A stretch of 64,000 nucleotides of DNA from a virus. The notes under the pieces were generated by a model, which was not told the DNA's origin, made no database searches, and worked only from the letters and a program-made list of their open reading frames with translations. Each line of letters opens with the position of its first letter. The stretch's first letter is position 1. The position numbers and the translations under genes are program-made. Below are positions 20,801 through 30,099 of the stretch, in pieces. Location: IMG/VR virus record IMGVR_UViG_3300032325_000464, positions 13,958-77,957 of that record, one strand, 5' to 3'.

Positions 20801-21576
20801 CCATAAACCATAGGCATTCCAGTATTTTTTGCTAAAAGTGCATAGTCGTCAATAAAGTAATATCCAGGAGATTCCTGAATTCCATAAGCATTTGCCTCTA
20901 CCACCTTGGATGCAGGGAGGGCTATAGATGATGGAAGATTTTGTTGAGCAACCCCTAGGGAAACAGAGTTAAACTCTTCTGACCATTGTCCTACAGATAG
21001 TCCATTTATTAAAAATTTATAGTCTTCTACTGAGGAGGCGCCACCGATATAGTTAATTTTAAACAATATTCTCATTGTAGAATTATCGCTTGGAATATCA
21101 AATGTTTCTGCAATAAACATCCATTTTTGAGAAACACTTGTATCAAATCTTTTTGTTTTTTGAACATTTTCTGCTGATACAGAGTCGTAATACTCGTATC
21201 CTATTTCTATGCTATCTAGGTATGCCCCATCAGAATAAACATAGGCTCCAATGGCAAAGGTTGAAAGATCAGAGTTTAGTAATGAAAAATTAATGCCGTC
21301 TGGTCCACCGATATTGTCTGGACTAATACATACAACCTGTCCAAAATCTTGATCAGTCAAACTTCCAGTTATTTCTGTTGTGTAACTGGCGCTAAATGGC
21401 TCGTCTACAACTGATGATTTTAAAATTGCTGAGCCACCAGAAATATTCCAATCAGAGATGTCTCTGTCTTGCTCTGATATTAATGATACAAAGTCTGCTA
21501 CGTCATCAAGTGCCCACAAAGCCAGTGGGTGTTCGCTAAATATTTTTTCAGCATATACATTTGATGGGCTAGACAT
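17872..21576 (-). CDS. Large virion structural protein with LamG/concanavalin-like beta-sandwich domains
   Basis: 1,234 aa; EHPLALWALDD N-terminus and YTFEAWLR...ASLLINGEEV LamG-like pattern. Confidence 0.6.
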   Translation of the reverse strand: MSSPSNVYAEKIFSEHPLALWALDDVADFVSLISEQDRDISDWNISGGSAILKSSVVDEPFSASYTTEITGSLTDQDFGQVVCISPDNIGGPDGINFSLLNSDLSTFAIGAYVYSDGAYLDSIEIGYEYYDSVSAENVQKTKRFDTSVSQKWMFIAETFDIPSDNSTMRILFKINYIGGASSVEDYKFLINGLSVGQWSEEFNSVSLGVAQQNLPSSIALPASKVVEANAYGIQESPGYYFIDDYALLAKNTGMPMVYGASNVTILSPSAGPSLIVPGYGFLNSSGEYRDYTFEAWLRISSDSPIEKRILGPISSEDGVYVHGPLIILKIGDLFGSYFVGEWQRPMLININYSRSSASLLINGEEVVSLNIANSVLNFPDKTNSSGKSQDWIGFYSYQDVSPIEIDCIAIYPYKTSQIMLKRRWIYGQGVEFPENINTAYSGTSVFIDYPFANYANSYSYPDIGKWDQAIVENLSVDNGMLSSPTLPEPKVIFNNKTRDEWNIDIALAQSEMSDSFVSLYPNSQWDQTQGYVLVDRLSVLSEDVKGFYGVFREIDSANREQILFQIDDVSSSNYFQIKLASDSIDYILYFNSQEEIIYRAQKHYLGEDFSVGINIQSFVSYFGGNLASFFGKKSLLSMSVGGNKEFDKTFLGHIYNVGFCTKRNLKKISHLFSNRGIVVDQQDLQYLLDGLELDGGEASTTFWTILYDGGTPATIATANLQPHIASYTISPKSYFGNFVLDISADSYWEDYIPLSYFAKYVTDANNQSRYELDFIQFNINYPAPSIFSEDETSSSWTYDQLQSQYAVPVQRTYSSLDNQLFTGYQDYLDLKNKAIKSYSYDTSSSLVKTYITFQYLKNGANESSEYFTSTIPAPKNGVIIPGSSLEDWSSTKYEVVDNMIIYPPSGVNFSELALVTHIEFIVDGLSYNPIKIKKLQYSSQALNDTTPVGVGTRFGTKIYPYKKSGVYYDYKSRNPFSIYKGSSPYLYLTRTSGIQVRGDYDPLVDRGLSIPLNEGRSSDYKIIASQMAIRYDEDFFPFAPTEIFQIESRGSLLKFYLVANHPGGKRAKIYAVNAKTGLLENGIAFYWNGKIVKEPNITVKQWGMLGISFSNTLNLNNYIGFLRISGPILINMLSHYQSTNLQEVQQITSRPWIKVKTSGSLDFDWEYWDTSYIWNGVLILSSRSYYGVDPSDIYKTYTGTNKIIVDDTRPLTLKSYEYNVLKDISWQTQTISAV

Positions 21577-21801
21577 GATAGTCTATTTTATCACACTATG
21601 AGCGAAAACCATCTAGGAATTGTATAAGCGGTCATTTATGAATCTAATTGTCTTAAGAAAATGACATTGATCCGTGTGAGGAATGAGACCCATTTTTGCA
21701 TCTACTACATGAGCTAAGGGTTGCCTCAGTAACAGGACATTTAGCAGTTACAATATTGTGACCACGAAAAAAGCATATTACTTTATTTTTTAGATTCTTG
21801 T

Positions 21802-22446
21802 TCAATTTAAAGGTATCCAATGCTGTTCATGCTTTATGCCTGCGCCCATTAAATCTTTGAGTGGAATTATGTCATAAGCTATTGTTATTCTAGGACCATC
21901 CCAACTCCAATCACCCATTGCATGAGGGTGTCCCATTTCTGAGAGAACTGCACGATTATCTAAATTCACGTTAGTCTTTGGACCCTGTGTAGTGATATAG
22001 TGAGTTTCTGATGGCTCTGCCTTGACGCAGTAATATCCGTGAAAATTAGGAGCACCTTCGTGACCATGCTCATGCCAATCAAGTTTCCCGCTACCTGCAT
22101 GATTAATGTTAAACCATCCTTGCAACATAAATCGTTGATCTTCAAAATTTAATTCATAATATTCGCAGGCTTCACGAACCATTTGCCCAACGGCCTTATA
22201 TAATGAATAGATTTCCTTGGTATGGAATTGAAAAACATTATACTGTGACCACTTCATTGTAGAAATGCTTCCAGATGATTTCCAAACTTCATTATCTGTT
22301 TCTGGAGTCACACCGATAATTTCTGCATTTTTTATTAATTCATATCTTTTTGTTAAATCATTCGATAACTTTTCTAGATTATTATCTAGAAAATATTCAA
22401 AGAATTTATGTGGCTGTGATGATTTACTTACTGGTGCTAAACTCAT
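21802..22446 (-). CDS. 2OG-Fe(II) oxygenase-like protein
   Basis: WFNIN...WHEH...GYYCV...HPH...RITIAYD double-stranded beta-helix pattern. Confidence 0.7.
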   Translation of the reverse strand: MSLAPVSKSSQPHKFFEYFLDNNLEKLSNDLTKRYELIKNAEIIGVTPETDNEVWKSSGSISTMKWSQYNVFQFHTKEIYSLYKAVGQMVREACEYYELNFEDQRFMLQGWFNINHAGSGKLDWHEHGHEGAPNFHGYYCVKAEPSETHYITTQGPKTNVNLDNRAVLSEMGHPHAMGDWSWDGPRITIAYDIIPLKDLMGAGIKHEQHWIPLN

Positions 22447-22528
22447 TATTTTCCCATCTGTAATAATATTGCTTTTTCTATAACAATATTATACACCATA
22501 CGGAGATAATTACAAAAGGTATTTTATT

Positions 22529-23206
22529 TTAGAAAAAATAGAAATAGGCTGGTGCAAAACCAAATACACCAAAGAAGCTAAATACCGAAAATGGAACAAA
22601 AGAGAATGTTGTAACGCTTGGAGATGCGGCTGATGCCAGAGATCTACCATTAGCATTATCTGCATAAACAGTATATGTTTGTGCAGTTCCTGCCTCCTGA
22701 CCAACATTTTTTGTTGTTGTTGCACTATTGTCAACTTTTCCATCAGACGATGTTATGTAGTAATTAGTTATTGCCTTACCACCATTAGCGCCTGCCGTCC
22801 AAGAAACAGTGTCATAGTTAGCTCCTCCTGGAGACGTTGCAGTAACTGAAGTTGGTGCTGCTGGAACAGTTGTTGCTGTTACTGAAGAGGATGCTGAAGA
22901 TGTTCCAGAAACTCCCTGAGCATTTGCTGCAGTTACAGTAAAAGTATACGCAGTATCTGACTGTAGTCCTTCGACCGTTAAAGGCGAAGCTGAGCCAGAT
23001 GCAGTGTATGATCCTGGTGAAGATGTAACTGTATAGCTAGTTGCTGCTGGTGAGTTAGCAGGCAAAGAGAATGATACTGATGCTGCTCCATTGTTAAATG
23101 CTCTTGATGTTCCGACATCTGTAGCCACAACGTTTATTGGGGTAGCTGGTTGCAAAAAGTCGTTTTGTGCAAGAGACTTTTTACCTACTCTTTTATTTGC
23201 TGCCAT
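22529..23206 (-). CDS. Fibronectin type III virion protein with Phe/Tyr-rich C-terminus
   Basis: Two Fn3 repeats (GLQSDTAYTFTVTAANAQG; VSW...GGKAITNYYI...YTVYADNANG). Confidence 0.8.
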   Translation of the reverse strand: MAANKRVGKKSLAQNDFLQPATPINVVATDVGTSRAFNNGAASVSFSLPANSPAATSYTVTSSPGSYTASGSASPLTVEGLQSDTAYTFTVTAANAQGVSGTSSASSSVTATTVPAAPTSVTATSPGGANYDTVSWTAGANGGKAITNYYITSSDGKVDNSATTTKNVGQEAGTAQTYTVYADNANGRSLASAASPSVTTFSFVPFSVFSFFGVFGFAPAYFYFF

Positions 23207-23228
23207 TTATTATATTCCCCTTCTAGGA

Positions 23229-24629
23229 TTAAGCTGATAGATCTCCGAAAACAACCCAAGTGTTTTCAGCTCTCTTGAATAATGTAGCAGATGACCACTG
23301 GGTACGTAGTTTTAGACCTGGAGTAGCGTTAACTGTAACTCCACCTGCACCTGCGATAGTAACCTGTCCAGCACCTGTCTGTAGGATATCAATAGACGTT
23401 CCTACTGGGTATGCAACAGATGAATTTGTAGGGATAGTAATAGTAACCCCTGAAGCCGAAGAGACCTCTACGAGCTTGTCACGGTCTGTGAGGACTGTTG
23501 TGTAAGCAGATGTCTTCTGATTGATTTCAGTAAGTGATGGTACACCCTGCTTAACCTGGGTTCCGTCAGCATATTCGATTCCGCCTACCTTTAGAGTATC
23601 GTAAACAGCCTGTGAGAAGTTAACTGTAGTTGTTGGCTCATCCTCAACGCTTGAGAATAGCTTCCAAACACCATCAGAGGCGTCACGAACGATACCTGCA
23701 TGCTGGTATGAACCATTGTTGAATGATGAAACAAGACCAAGGTCTACAATGTTTGCCTCGTTTCCTTCACCGATATAGATCAGTGGGTCAGTTACAACTA
23801 GGTCTGTTGCGTTAACAGTAGTTGTAGTTCCGCCAACAGTTAGATCTCCAGTAATAGAGATATCTCCAGCTGCTAGTGTACCAGTAAATGTTGGGTTAGC
23901 TAGTGGTGCCTTTGCATCTAGCTGAGTCTGAATAGCTGATGTAACTCCATCAACATAGTTTAGTTCTGTAACTGTTAGGGTAGCGCCATCAAGAATATTT
24001 AGTTCTCCTGCTGAAGCAGTTACGTCAATAATGTCTGCTGCATTTACTGTTACGGTATTATTTGCTGCAGAAATTGTCTTTCCAGTAAGTGTCTGAGTTC
24101 CAGTTAGAGTTACCAAAGCTGAGGTGTCTGAGATACCGTGAACATCTGTAGTGTCTGCTGCGTGAGTAGATACATATCCAGAAGCAGTAGTTTCTGCACC
24201 AGATTTAGCATTATTAGCCTTTGTAGTTGCATCTAGCGCTGCTGCAGAAGCAGTGGATGTGTCACCGCCAGAGATAGCAGTTGAAAGAACAGTGTAAACT
24301 TTGCTAAGGGTATTGATTGTATCCCCTGCACCACCACGAACGTCGTTGAGGATTGCGGTACCATTTGCAACTGGAACCTGTCCACTTGAATTTAGTGGTG
24401 CAACACCGCTATTGGCACCAACCGAAGTTAGCAGAACATAGTCATCTAGATTGCCACCAAGGTCTTCTAGGTTCTTAAAGTATGAAAGGTCTGCCCAGTG
24501 ATTGGTTCCGTCACCAATCTTGAACTGACCAGTATCTGATTCAAATCCGATTTCACCAGCAGCGAGAATTGGATCTGCTGTTGTCCACTGAGAGGCTGTT
24601 CCTCTTCTTTGCTGCATTCTTGTTGCCAT
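23229..24629 (-). CDS. Tail fibre-like protein with Mtd N-terminal-like domain
   Basis: RMQQRRGTASQW...PILAAGEIGFESDTGQFKIGDG N-terminus; TELNYVDGVTSAIQTQLDAK shaft repeat; C-terminal ...WVVFGDL domain. Confidence 0.75.
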   Translation of the reverse strand: MATRMQQRRGTASQWTTADPILAAGEIGFESDTGQFKIGDGTNHWADLSYFKNLEDLGGNLDDYVLLTSVGANSGVAPLNSSGQVPVANGTAILNDVRGGAGDTINTLSKVYTVLSTAISGGDTSTASAAALDATTKANNAKSGAETTASGYVSTHAADTTDVHGISDTSALVTLTGTQTLTGKTISAANNTVTVNAADIIDVTASAGELNILDGATLTVTELNYVDGVTSAIQTQLDAKAPLANPTFTGTLAAGDISITGDLTVGGTTTTVNATDLVVTDPLIYIGEGNEANIVDLGLVSSFNNGSYQHAGIVRDASDGVWKLFSSVEDEPTTTVNFSQAVYDTLKVGGIEYADGTQVKQGVPSLTEINQKTSAYTTVLTDRDKLVEVSSASGVTITIPTNSSVAYPVGTSIDILQTGAGQVTIAGAGGVTVNATPGLKLRTQWSSATLFKRAENTWVVFGDLSA

Positions 24630-24694
24630 GGTAATTGTCTCCTAATTGGGTTGGGGTGTTTCCCTTTTATAATTATAACATCTATTTTAGATGA

Positions 24695-25294
24695 TTAATT
24701 AAAGTTGTCTATTGCAAGACCTCCATCATAGGAGTTATCCCATGATTCGGTATTGTAAAATCCTGCTGAAACTAGAGATCCATCTGTATTTAGATAAAAC
24801 CCAGAATCTACAAAAGTCGATACAACCATTCCATTTCCGCCAATTGACGTGTCATGGATGTGTTGAGGTATTTCAGTAATTCCTGCGTCCGTAAGGTTTG
24901 CAAGAATAAACCATTGATTGTTATAAAAAACCGAAAGTCTGTTGGTTTCGGTATTAAAGTAAAGATCTCCATTTTGTCCAGTTTCAGGGGCTGTAGGATA
25001 AGTTCCTACAACGCTAGCAACGCCGATGCCACCTGCATCTATGATGGCATTCCATGAGATTGTTCCTGGGGTGCCGCCGTCATAGGTATCATCCCATGAT
25101 TCGGTATCTGCAAATCCTGCATCTTTATAGAGTACACCCTGAACGGCAGCGTTAACCTGGGTATCTACATATAGCTTAGTTGTTGCTTCATTAGAAAATT
25201 GAGCCTCGGCAATCTGAACAGTACCGCCAAAGCGACCACCTGCTGCTACCAGCAGTCCATTTTTGACCTTAAAGTCTTTTTCGACCGATGCCAT
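24695..25294 (-). CDS. Virion fibre/accessory protein
   Basis: N-terminus KDFKVKNGL shared with 25367-27628; two TESWD..YDGG repeats. Confidence 0.6.
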   Translation of the reverse strand: MASVEKDFKVKNGLLVAAGGRFGGTVQIAEAQFSNEATTKLYVDTQVNAAVQGVLYKDAGFADTESWDDTYDGGTPGTISWNAIIDAGGIGVASVVGTYPTAPETGQNGDLYFNTETNRLSVFYNNQWFILANLTDAGITEIPQHIHDTSIGGNGMVVSTFVDSGFYLNTDGSLVSAGFYNTESWDNSYDGGLAIDNFN

Positions 25295-25366
25295 CTAATT
25301 CTCCTAATTAAAACTTTTTGAGTGGGGGGGGTTTTTAAGGAACCCCCCCATAAACCTTTAATTCAA

Positions 25367-27628
25367 TTATACTAGCAATGTTCCAACAACAGTAACTGTA
25401 GAGCTATTGTTGGCAGTTGTTGCTAGCAGTCTTACGTTTGAGCCTGAAATATCTGCTGAAATTGTTGATGCTGAACCATTGGTTCCAACAATTCCATACT
25501 CGGTGATTGCAATGTTGTCTGAGGTATCTAGGGTCAAAAGAACCTTGGAAATCTCTGTGTGGGTTCCGTATGCAACCTTAACCAGGAATTCTGCTGAACG
25601 GTATTCTGCCTTAGCAAAAGAGTAAGCTGTCTGAATACCTGCAGTTGGTGCTGAAAGAGTTGCTGCGACCTGCTTAGCAACTGAGTTTAGCTCAACTGCA
25701 TCAAAGTCTGGAACAACTGCCTCAAGAGCGGTTACTGCACGAGCATTTGTAAAGTAAAGGTTTGTACCTTCTGCAAGATCAGTGGTTGTAGAATCTGCAA
25801 CACCGTTTTCTGCAGTAATTGTAAGTCCTGAACCATTGCCAGTGATAGTAATGTTAGTCTTTGAAGCACCAGTCAACAACTCAGCAGCTGCAGTCTTAGC
25901 ACGAGCAGCTGTAAAGTACTCATTAGTACCCTCTTCAATAACTGTGGTAGTCAGTGCGTCAATTGCTGTTGTGATGTTTGCAGGTGTAGCCTTGGCATCC
26001 AACTGAGTCTGGATAGCAGAGGTTACGCCATCTACATAGTTAAGCTCTACTGTAGAAGCAGTAATACCATCAAGTACGTTTAGCTCAGATGCTGATGCAG
26101 TCAAGTCAGAAACATCTGCAACCACAACAGTGATGTCGTTGCTTGCAGTGTTAATTGTCTTGTTGATTAGTGTCTCTGTCTTAGATGCAGTTGACTTATC
26201 GTCCAACTGTGTCTGGATTGCAGAGGTAACTCCATTAAGGTAACCAATTTCAGTGTCTGTTACATCTGCCACACGGGTCTGAGTAATTGCTGTGTCAATT
26301 GTAAAGGTGTTACCAGTTAGAGTCAGACCATTGCCTGCTAGGAATGTTCCAGCACCAGAGAACTGAGTAAAGCTAATTGCATCTGTACCGATTATAGCTG
26401 GCTTGTTTGTCTGTACCCATCCAGTACTTGCGTTTACTGTACCTGAGTATACGAATATAAAGTCACCGCCGTCAACTTCTTGTGCGGTGTCAAAATCAGT
26501 TGCACGAGTTGGTTGACCCGAAGCCTGAACAACGTAGATACCGTTTTCTGAAGCGGTTGTCTGATTCTTGACAAGAACACGGTTGCCAGTAGCAAGAGTA
26601 ATTCCGTCAAGAACGTCTCCATTTTCAAGAGCATTTGCAAGGTTAACGTTTGCAGTTGTTGCTGCAATTGCAGCCTCATGAATGTGAAGACCCTCTGATA
26701 CTGAGTCTACATATGCCTTTGTTGCTGCGTCAGCTGAATCTGTTGGTGTGCCAAGACCAGTGATCTTGTTTGTGCCCATTGCAATGGCACCAGTCATGGT
26801 ACCGCCAGCTAGGGCTAGCTTTGCGTCGAGCTGGGTTTGAATTGCAGAGGTTACGCCGTCAACATAATTAAGCTCAGTGGTGCTTAGAGTTGCACCATCT
26901 AGAATATTTAGCTCAGTAGCAGTAGCGGTAAGAGCAACATCCTCGTTAATCTTTGGTGAGGTTAGTGTCTTGTTAGTTAGTGTCTGAGTGTCGGTAGTTC
27001 CAACAATTGCACCAGTAACACCGTGAGTTGAAGTGTCTGACATGTGAGTAGTCAGGTCGCCAGCAACTGCAGAAGCTGAACCATATGCATCATATGTATT
27101 TGCAGTTACAGAGATTGCACCAGTTGTATCGTTGTAGGTAAGACCAGTTCCAACTGCGTTACCCACTGCATCTTGTGCTCTTTCGACTGTGAAGTACTCG
27201 TTTGTTCCTTCTTCAATAACGCTTGTTGTAATTGCATCTACTGCTGCAGTGATGTCTGAAGTAAGTGCTACTGTTCCAGTTGCGTTTGGAAGTGTAATTG
27301 TACGGTCTGCTGTTGGGTCTACTACTGCAAGAGTTGTTTCGTAACCATCTGCTGTAGCACCTTCAAAAATAATGCTTTCTGTAAATACGCCAACTGCTGC
27401 TGGGTCTGACCACTCAACTCCATATGTTGCACCTGAATTTGCTGTAAGAACCTGACCATTTGTTCCAACTCCTAAAGGAGCAACTGCATCATCTGCACTA
27501 CCTACAATCAAATCACCCTTGGCATTAGAAATGCCTGCTGTGATAATTGATTTTCCATTAATGGTACCTGTGGTACCTTCTACGACTAGACCACTTTTGA
27601 TCTTAAAGTCTTTATTTACTGTTGCCAT
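25367..27628 (-). CDS. Long tail fibre-like protein
   Basis: 753 aa, Thr/Ala-rich; three GVTSAIQTQLD repeats, three EGTN.YFT..RA repeats and an RVLVKNQT...ENGIY module. Confidence 0.75.
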   Translation of the reverse strand: MATVNKDFKIKSGLVVEGTTGTINGKSIITAGISNAKGDLIVGSADDAVAPLGVGTNGQVLTANSGATYGVEWSDPAAVGVFTESIIFEGATADGYETTLAVVDPTADRTITLPNATGTVALTSDITAAVDAITTSVIEEGTNEYFTVERAQDAVGNAVGTGLTYNDTTGAISVTANTYDAYGSASAVAGDLTTHMSDTSTHGVTGAIVGTTDTQTLTNKTLTSPKINEDVALTATATELNILDGATLSTTELNYVDGVTSAIQTQLDAKLALAGGTMTGAIAMGTNKITGLGTPTDSADAATKAYVDSVSEGLHIHEAAIAATTANVNLANALENGDVLDGITLATGNRVLVKNQTTASENGIYVVQASGQPTRATDFDTAQEVDGGDFIFVYSGTVNASTGWVQTNKPAIIGTDAISFTQFSGAGTFLAGNGLTLTGNTFTIDTAITQTRVADVTDTEIGYLNGVTSAIQTQLDDKSTASKTETLINKTINTASNDITVVVADVSDLTASASELNVLDGITASTVELNYVDGVTSAIQTQLDAKATPANITTAIDALTTTVIEEGTNEYFTAARAKTAAAELLTGASKTNITITGNGSGLTITAENGVADSTTTDLAEGTNLYFTNARAVTALEAVVPDFDAVELNSVAKQVAATLSAPTAGIQTAYSFAKAEYRSAEFLVKVAYGTHTEISKVLLTLDTSDNIAITEYGIVGTNGSASTISADISGSNVRLLATTANNSSTVTVVGTLLV

Positions 27629-27647
27629 TTTTATCTCCTAGGGTTAA

Positions 27648-28094
27648 TTAAGCCTTGAGTCCAATACGAGCAAATCGTACTGTGACTGGCTTTATGATTG
27701 AGTCTGGGGTAACAGTTAAAGCAACTGTATTCCCAGCTCTAGAGACGCTAACGGTGCCAATATTCCCATCGTTGTCTATTGTTCCATACTCAGAGACGTT
27801 AACATTTGTTCCGTCTACAAGAATGGTAAGTTCGGTTGCATAGAATTTGTTATCCCCTGCTGATGTTTTTGAAATTGAAACAAGGTACTTAACCATACGC
27901 CATACAGTTGCATCAAATGAGTCAATAACTGTTGGGTTCTCGACACCGCTAATGGTGTTTTCGTTATTACCAAAAGTACCCAAATCAGTTGATTGGGCAG
28001 ATGAGGTATCAATAAGATCTACATAGTCCTGTTCTTCAGGACGGTCGCCAGTTTGAAACTTGTTTTTTACATAAGATAGGGTTTGTCTAGACAT
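27648..28094 (-). CDS. Virion accessory protein
   Basis: FQTGDRP...YVDLID N-terminus; C-domain similar to the C-terminus of 25367-27628 (EYG motif). Confidence 0.6.
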   Translation of the reverse strand: MSRQTLSYVKNKFQTGDRPEEQDYVDLIDTSSAQSTDLGTFGNNENTISGVENPTVIDSFDATVWRMVKYLVSISKTSAGDNKFYATELTILVDGTNVNVSEYGTIDNDGNIGTVSVSRAGNTVALTVTPDSIIKPVTVRFARIGLKA

Positions 28095-28118
28095 GTAATA
28101 ATTATATCAGCTTTTATT

Positions 28119-28343
28119 CTACATTACATAATTGTTTACGCCAATAACGGCAATGCCAATTGGGGCTGGCTGTGAGGAGCCATAGCTTGTAATTCCAATA
28201 TTTATAAACTTAACCTTAAATGGCAAAGTGTGACTAATTTTTACATTGCCAGACTTATACTTTATTTTTGAGTTAAAAAAATCTGCTAGCTTTATTGACC
28301 TAGTTATATGTTTTGTCTTATTGCTAATTACTGCCTTGGACAT
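28119..28343 (-). CDS. Small hypothetical protein
   Basis: ORF track; translationally coupled to the upstream gene. Confidence 0.55.
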   Translation of the reverse strand: MSKAVISNKTKHITRSIKLADFFNSKIKYKSGNVKISHTLPFKVKFINIGITSYGSSQPAPIGIAVIGVNNYVM

Positions 28344-28729
28344 TAATCAGTCACGTCTTCAATAATTATCATTTTACCCTGGGCAACTGTCCAAACAGTG
28401 CCAGGCTGAGATAGTTGGATATCGAAAATGTCTCCTGTTTGCAAAATCAAAGACTGTGATGCAGTAAGTGATACTGTAAACTCTCCAGCTAAATCATCTG
28501 GGTCGGCAACTGGCGAAAGCGTTAAGACTACTGTGGCATCGTCAGTTATAATTCCAAGATTTTTTGCAAGGTTTGGACGCTTGACCTTCATAGAAATTGT
28601 CCAGTCTGAAATTGTCAGTGCTGATTTTGCATCGTCTGTTACATATACCTTGAATGCTGCGGTATCTCCACGAACTACGGTCCATGCTACTTGTGGCGGT
28701 ACGTTGCCAACGCTATATCCTCTAGCCAT
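28343..28729 (-). CDS. Small beta-sandwich virion protein (GDT motif), paralog 1 of 3
   Basis: WTVVRGDT...FDIQL...G.MII..DVT; similar to 34540-34884 and 37388-37780. Confidence 0.6.
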   Translation of the reverse strand: MARGYSVGNVPPQVAWTVVRGDTAAFKVYVTDDAKSALTISDWTISMKVKRPNLAKNLGIITDDATVVLTLSPVADPDDLAGEFTVSLTASQSLILQTGDIFDIQLSQPGTVWTVAQGKMIIIEDVTD

Positions 28730-28764
28730 TTTATAATTATATCACGATTAAGCTAAGATAAAGG

Positions 28765-29328
28765 CTAAACAATAAAGTTGGATAATTCTTTAGTTTTATC
28801 AAACGTTAGAAAAGAAGTTAAGGTATACCTGACCGCATTTTCTATTTTTGTAACCCCATGCATATGATCTGCACTTGCTGGGTGTACGGCCATCTTTCCA
28901 GGCTCTGGGGTAATTTCAAAACTATGTTGTGGATAAAATGTTTTTCCTCCAGAAAAATCATCATTTAGATATATAACAATCCCATACTCCCTATGCTTAT
29001 GTATTTCATGATCGTTAGTGTTTTCCATGTTGTCTGAATGAGGTGACTGTGCCATGCCAGGAAACCATCTGGTTATGCTTAACAAGTCTGCATATAGCTT
29101 TTGGTCTAGCCCATAAGTATCTTGCACTGCATCAACAATTCTATGTTTTATAATATCTAGCGTCTTTCCTAGCTCATGATTTTCTAAATAGATTGAGTGT
29201 GCACCCAGAACACGATTATCCCAAAATGATTCTGGAATGCGAGACCAAAGATCTGTATTTTTTGCAAAAGTTAAAATATCTTCAATTTCTTTTTTAGTTA
29301 AGAAATTAGAAAATTCTTTGGCTATCAT
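28765..29328 (-). CDS. Prolyl 4-hydroxylase-like 2OG-Fe(II) oxygenase
   Basis: HSD...IYLNDDFSGG...HMHGV...RYT: HxD...H triad plus 2OG-binding Arg. Confidence 0.85.
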   Translation of the reverse strand: MIAKEFSNFLTKKEIEDILTFAKNTDLWSRIPESFWDNRVLGAHSIYLENHELGKTLDIIKHRIVDAVQDTYGLDQKLYADLLSITRWFPGMAQSPHSDNMENTNDHEIHKHREYGIVIYLNDDFSGGKTFYPQHSFEITPEPGKMAVHPASADHMHGVTKIENAVRYTLTSFLTFDKTKELSNFIV

Positions 29329-29347
29329 TTTTATGACTATATCGCTA

Positions 29348-29851
29348 TTAGCTTAGTCCAGCTTTTAGTGCACCCCAAGTACCATTTCCCTTTGAGTCAA
29401 CTGAGATTATTCCATTTTCTGAAGCATAGACAACTACTGCTACTGCTCCACCAATATCCTGAGTAGTAGTCAGTCCTCCAGATGTACCAGCATATAAAAT
29501 ATTACCAGCAGAAAATCCAGACGTATTAATGTTTTCTAAAACTCCAGAAACAACAATAATGCCATTTGCCCCATTAGGAATTGAGGTTTTTGCTAAACCA
29601 AGAATTGGCTGAGTAGTTGAAGAGGTTGCTTTGCTTACTGTAGTTGCAGTAGTATATCCAGTTACAAATACTGGGTCGCCTGCAGAAATTAATACACCGC
29701 TATTATTTAACACTCTAATTTGAGAATATGATGACAGCGGAAGAACAGCTTCTAGCTTTTCAACTAGTTGCTTAATATCTCCATGAACATTAACACTATC
29801 TTCTGCTAATGGGTATGGTAAGTCGTAAGAGTTTGATTGTCCTGTAGCCAT
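29348..29851 (-). CDS. Virion accessory protein
   Basis: LPYP...NVHGD N-terminal virion-protein motif; Gly-rich beta domain. Confidence 0.55.
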   Translation of the reverse strand: MATGQSNSYDLPYPLAEDSVNVHGDIKQLVEKLEAVLPLSSYSQIRVLNNSGVLISAGDPVFVTGYTTATTVSKATSSTTQPILGLAKTSIPNGANGIIVVSGVLENINTSGFSAGNILYAGTSGGLTTTQDIGGAVAVVVYASENGIISVDSKGNGTWGALKAGLS

Positions 29852-30099
29852 TCAATAATTATACCACGCAAAAAGTTTGAATACAGGGTAAAAAACTGGT
29901 ATAATTGTAGTTAACTTCTTGAAAAAGAAGTTTTTGTTCTAAGGAGGACAAATGATTAAACAGAGTAATAACAAAGTGAAAATCAGCATTAACTCTAAAA
30001 GACAGACAATTTTATTGCTATCGCACTAATAAAAATATTGTCGCCAAGGTATTGAAACTGGTACCGTAACAACGAAAAGAATAAAAAGGAGGTAGCAAA

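Noticed and set aside
21591-21635. Micro-ORF MTAYTIPRWFSLIV resembling the C-terminal end of a 2OG oxygenase (possible gene relic)
   Set aside because: Too short to support a pseudogene call.
23229-24629. Diversity-generating retroelement suggested by the Mtd-like N-terminus
   Set aside because: No reverse transcriptase and no TR/VR pair with adenine-specific differences seen in this window; the N-terminal domain alone is common in fibres.
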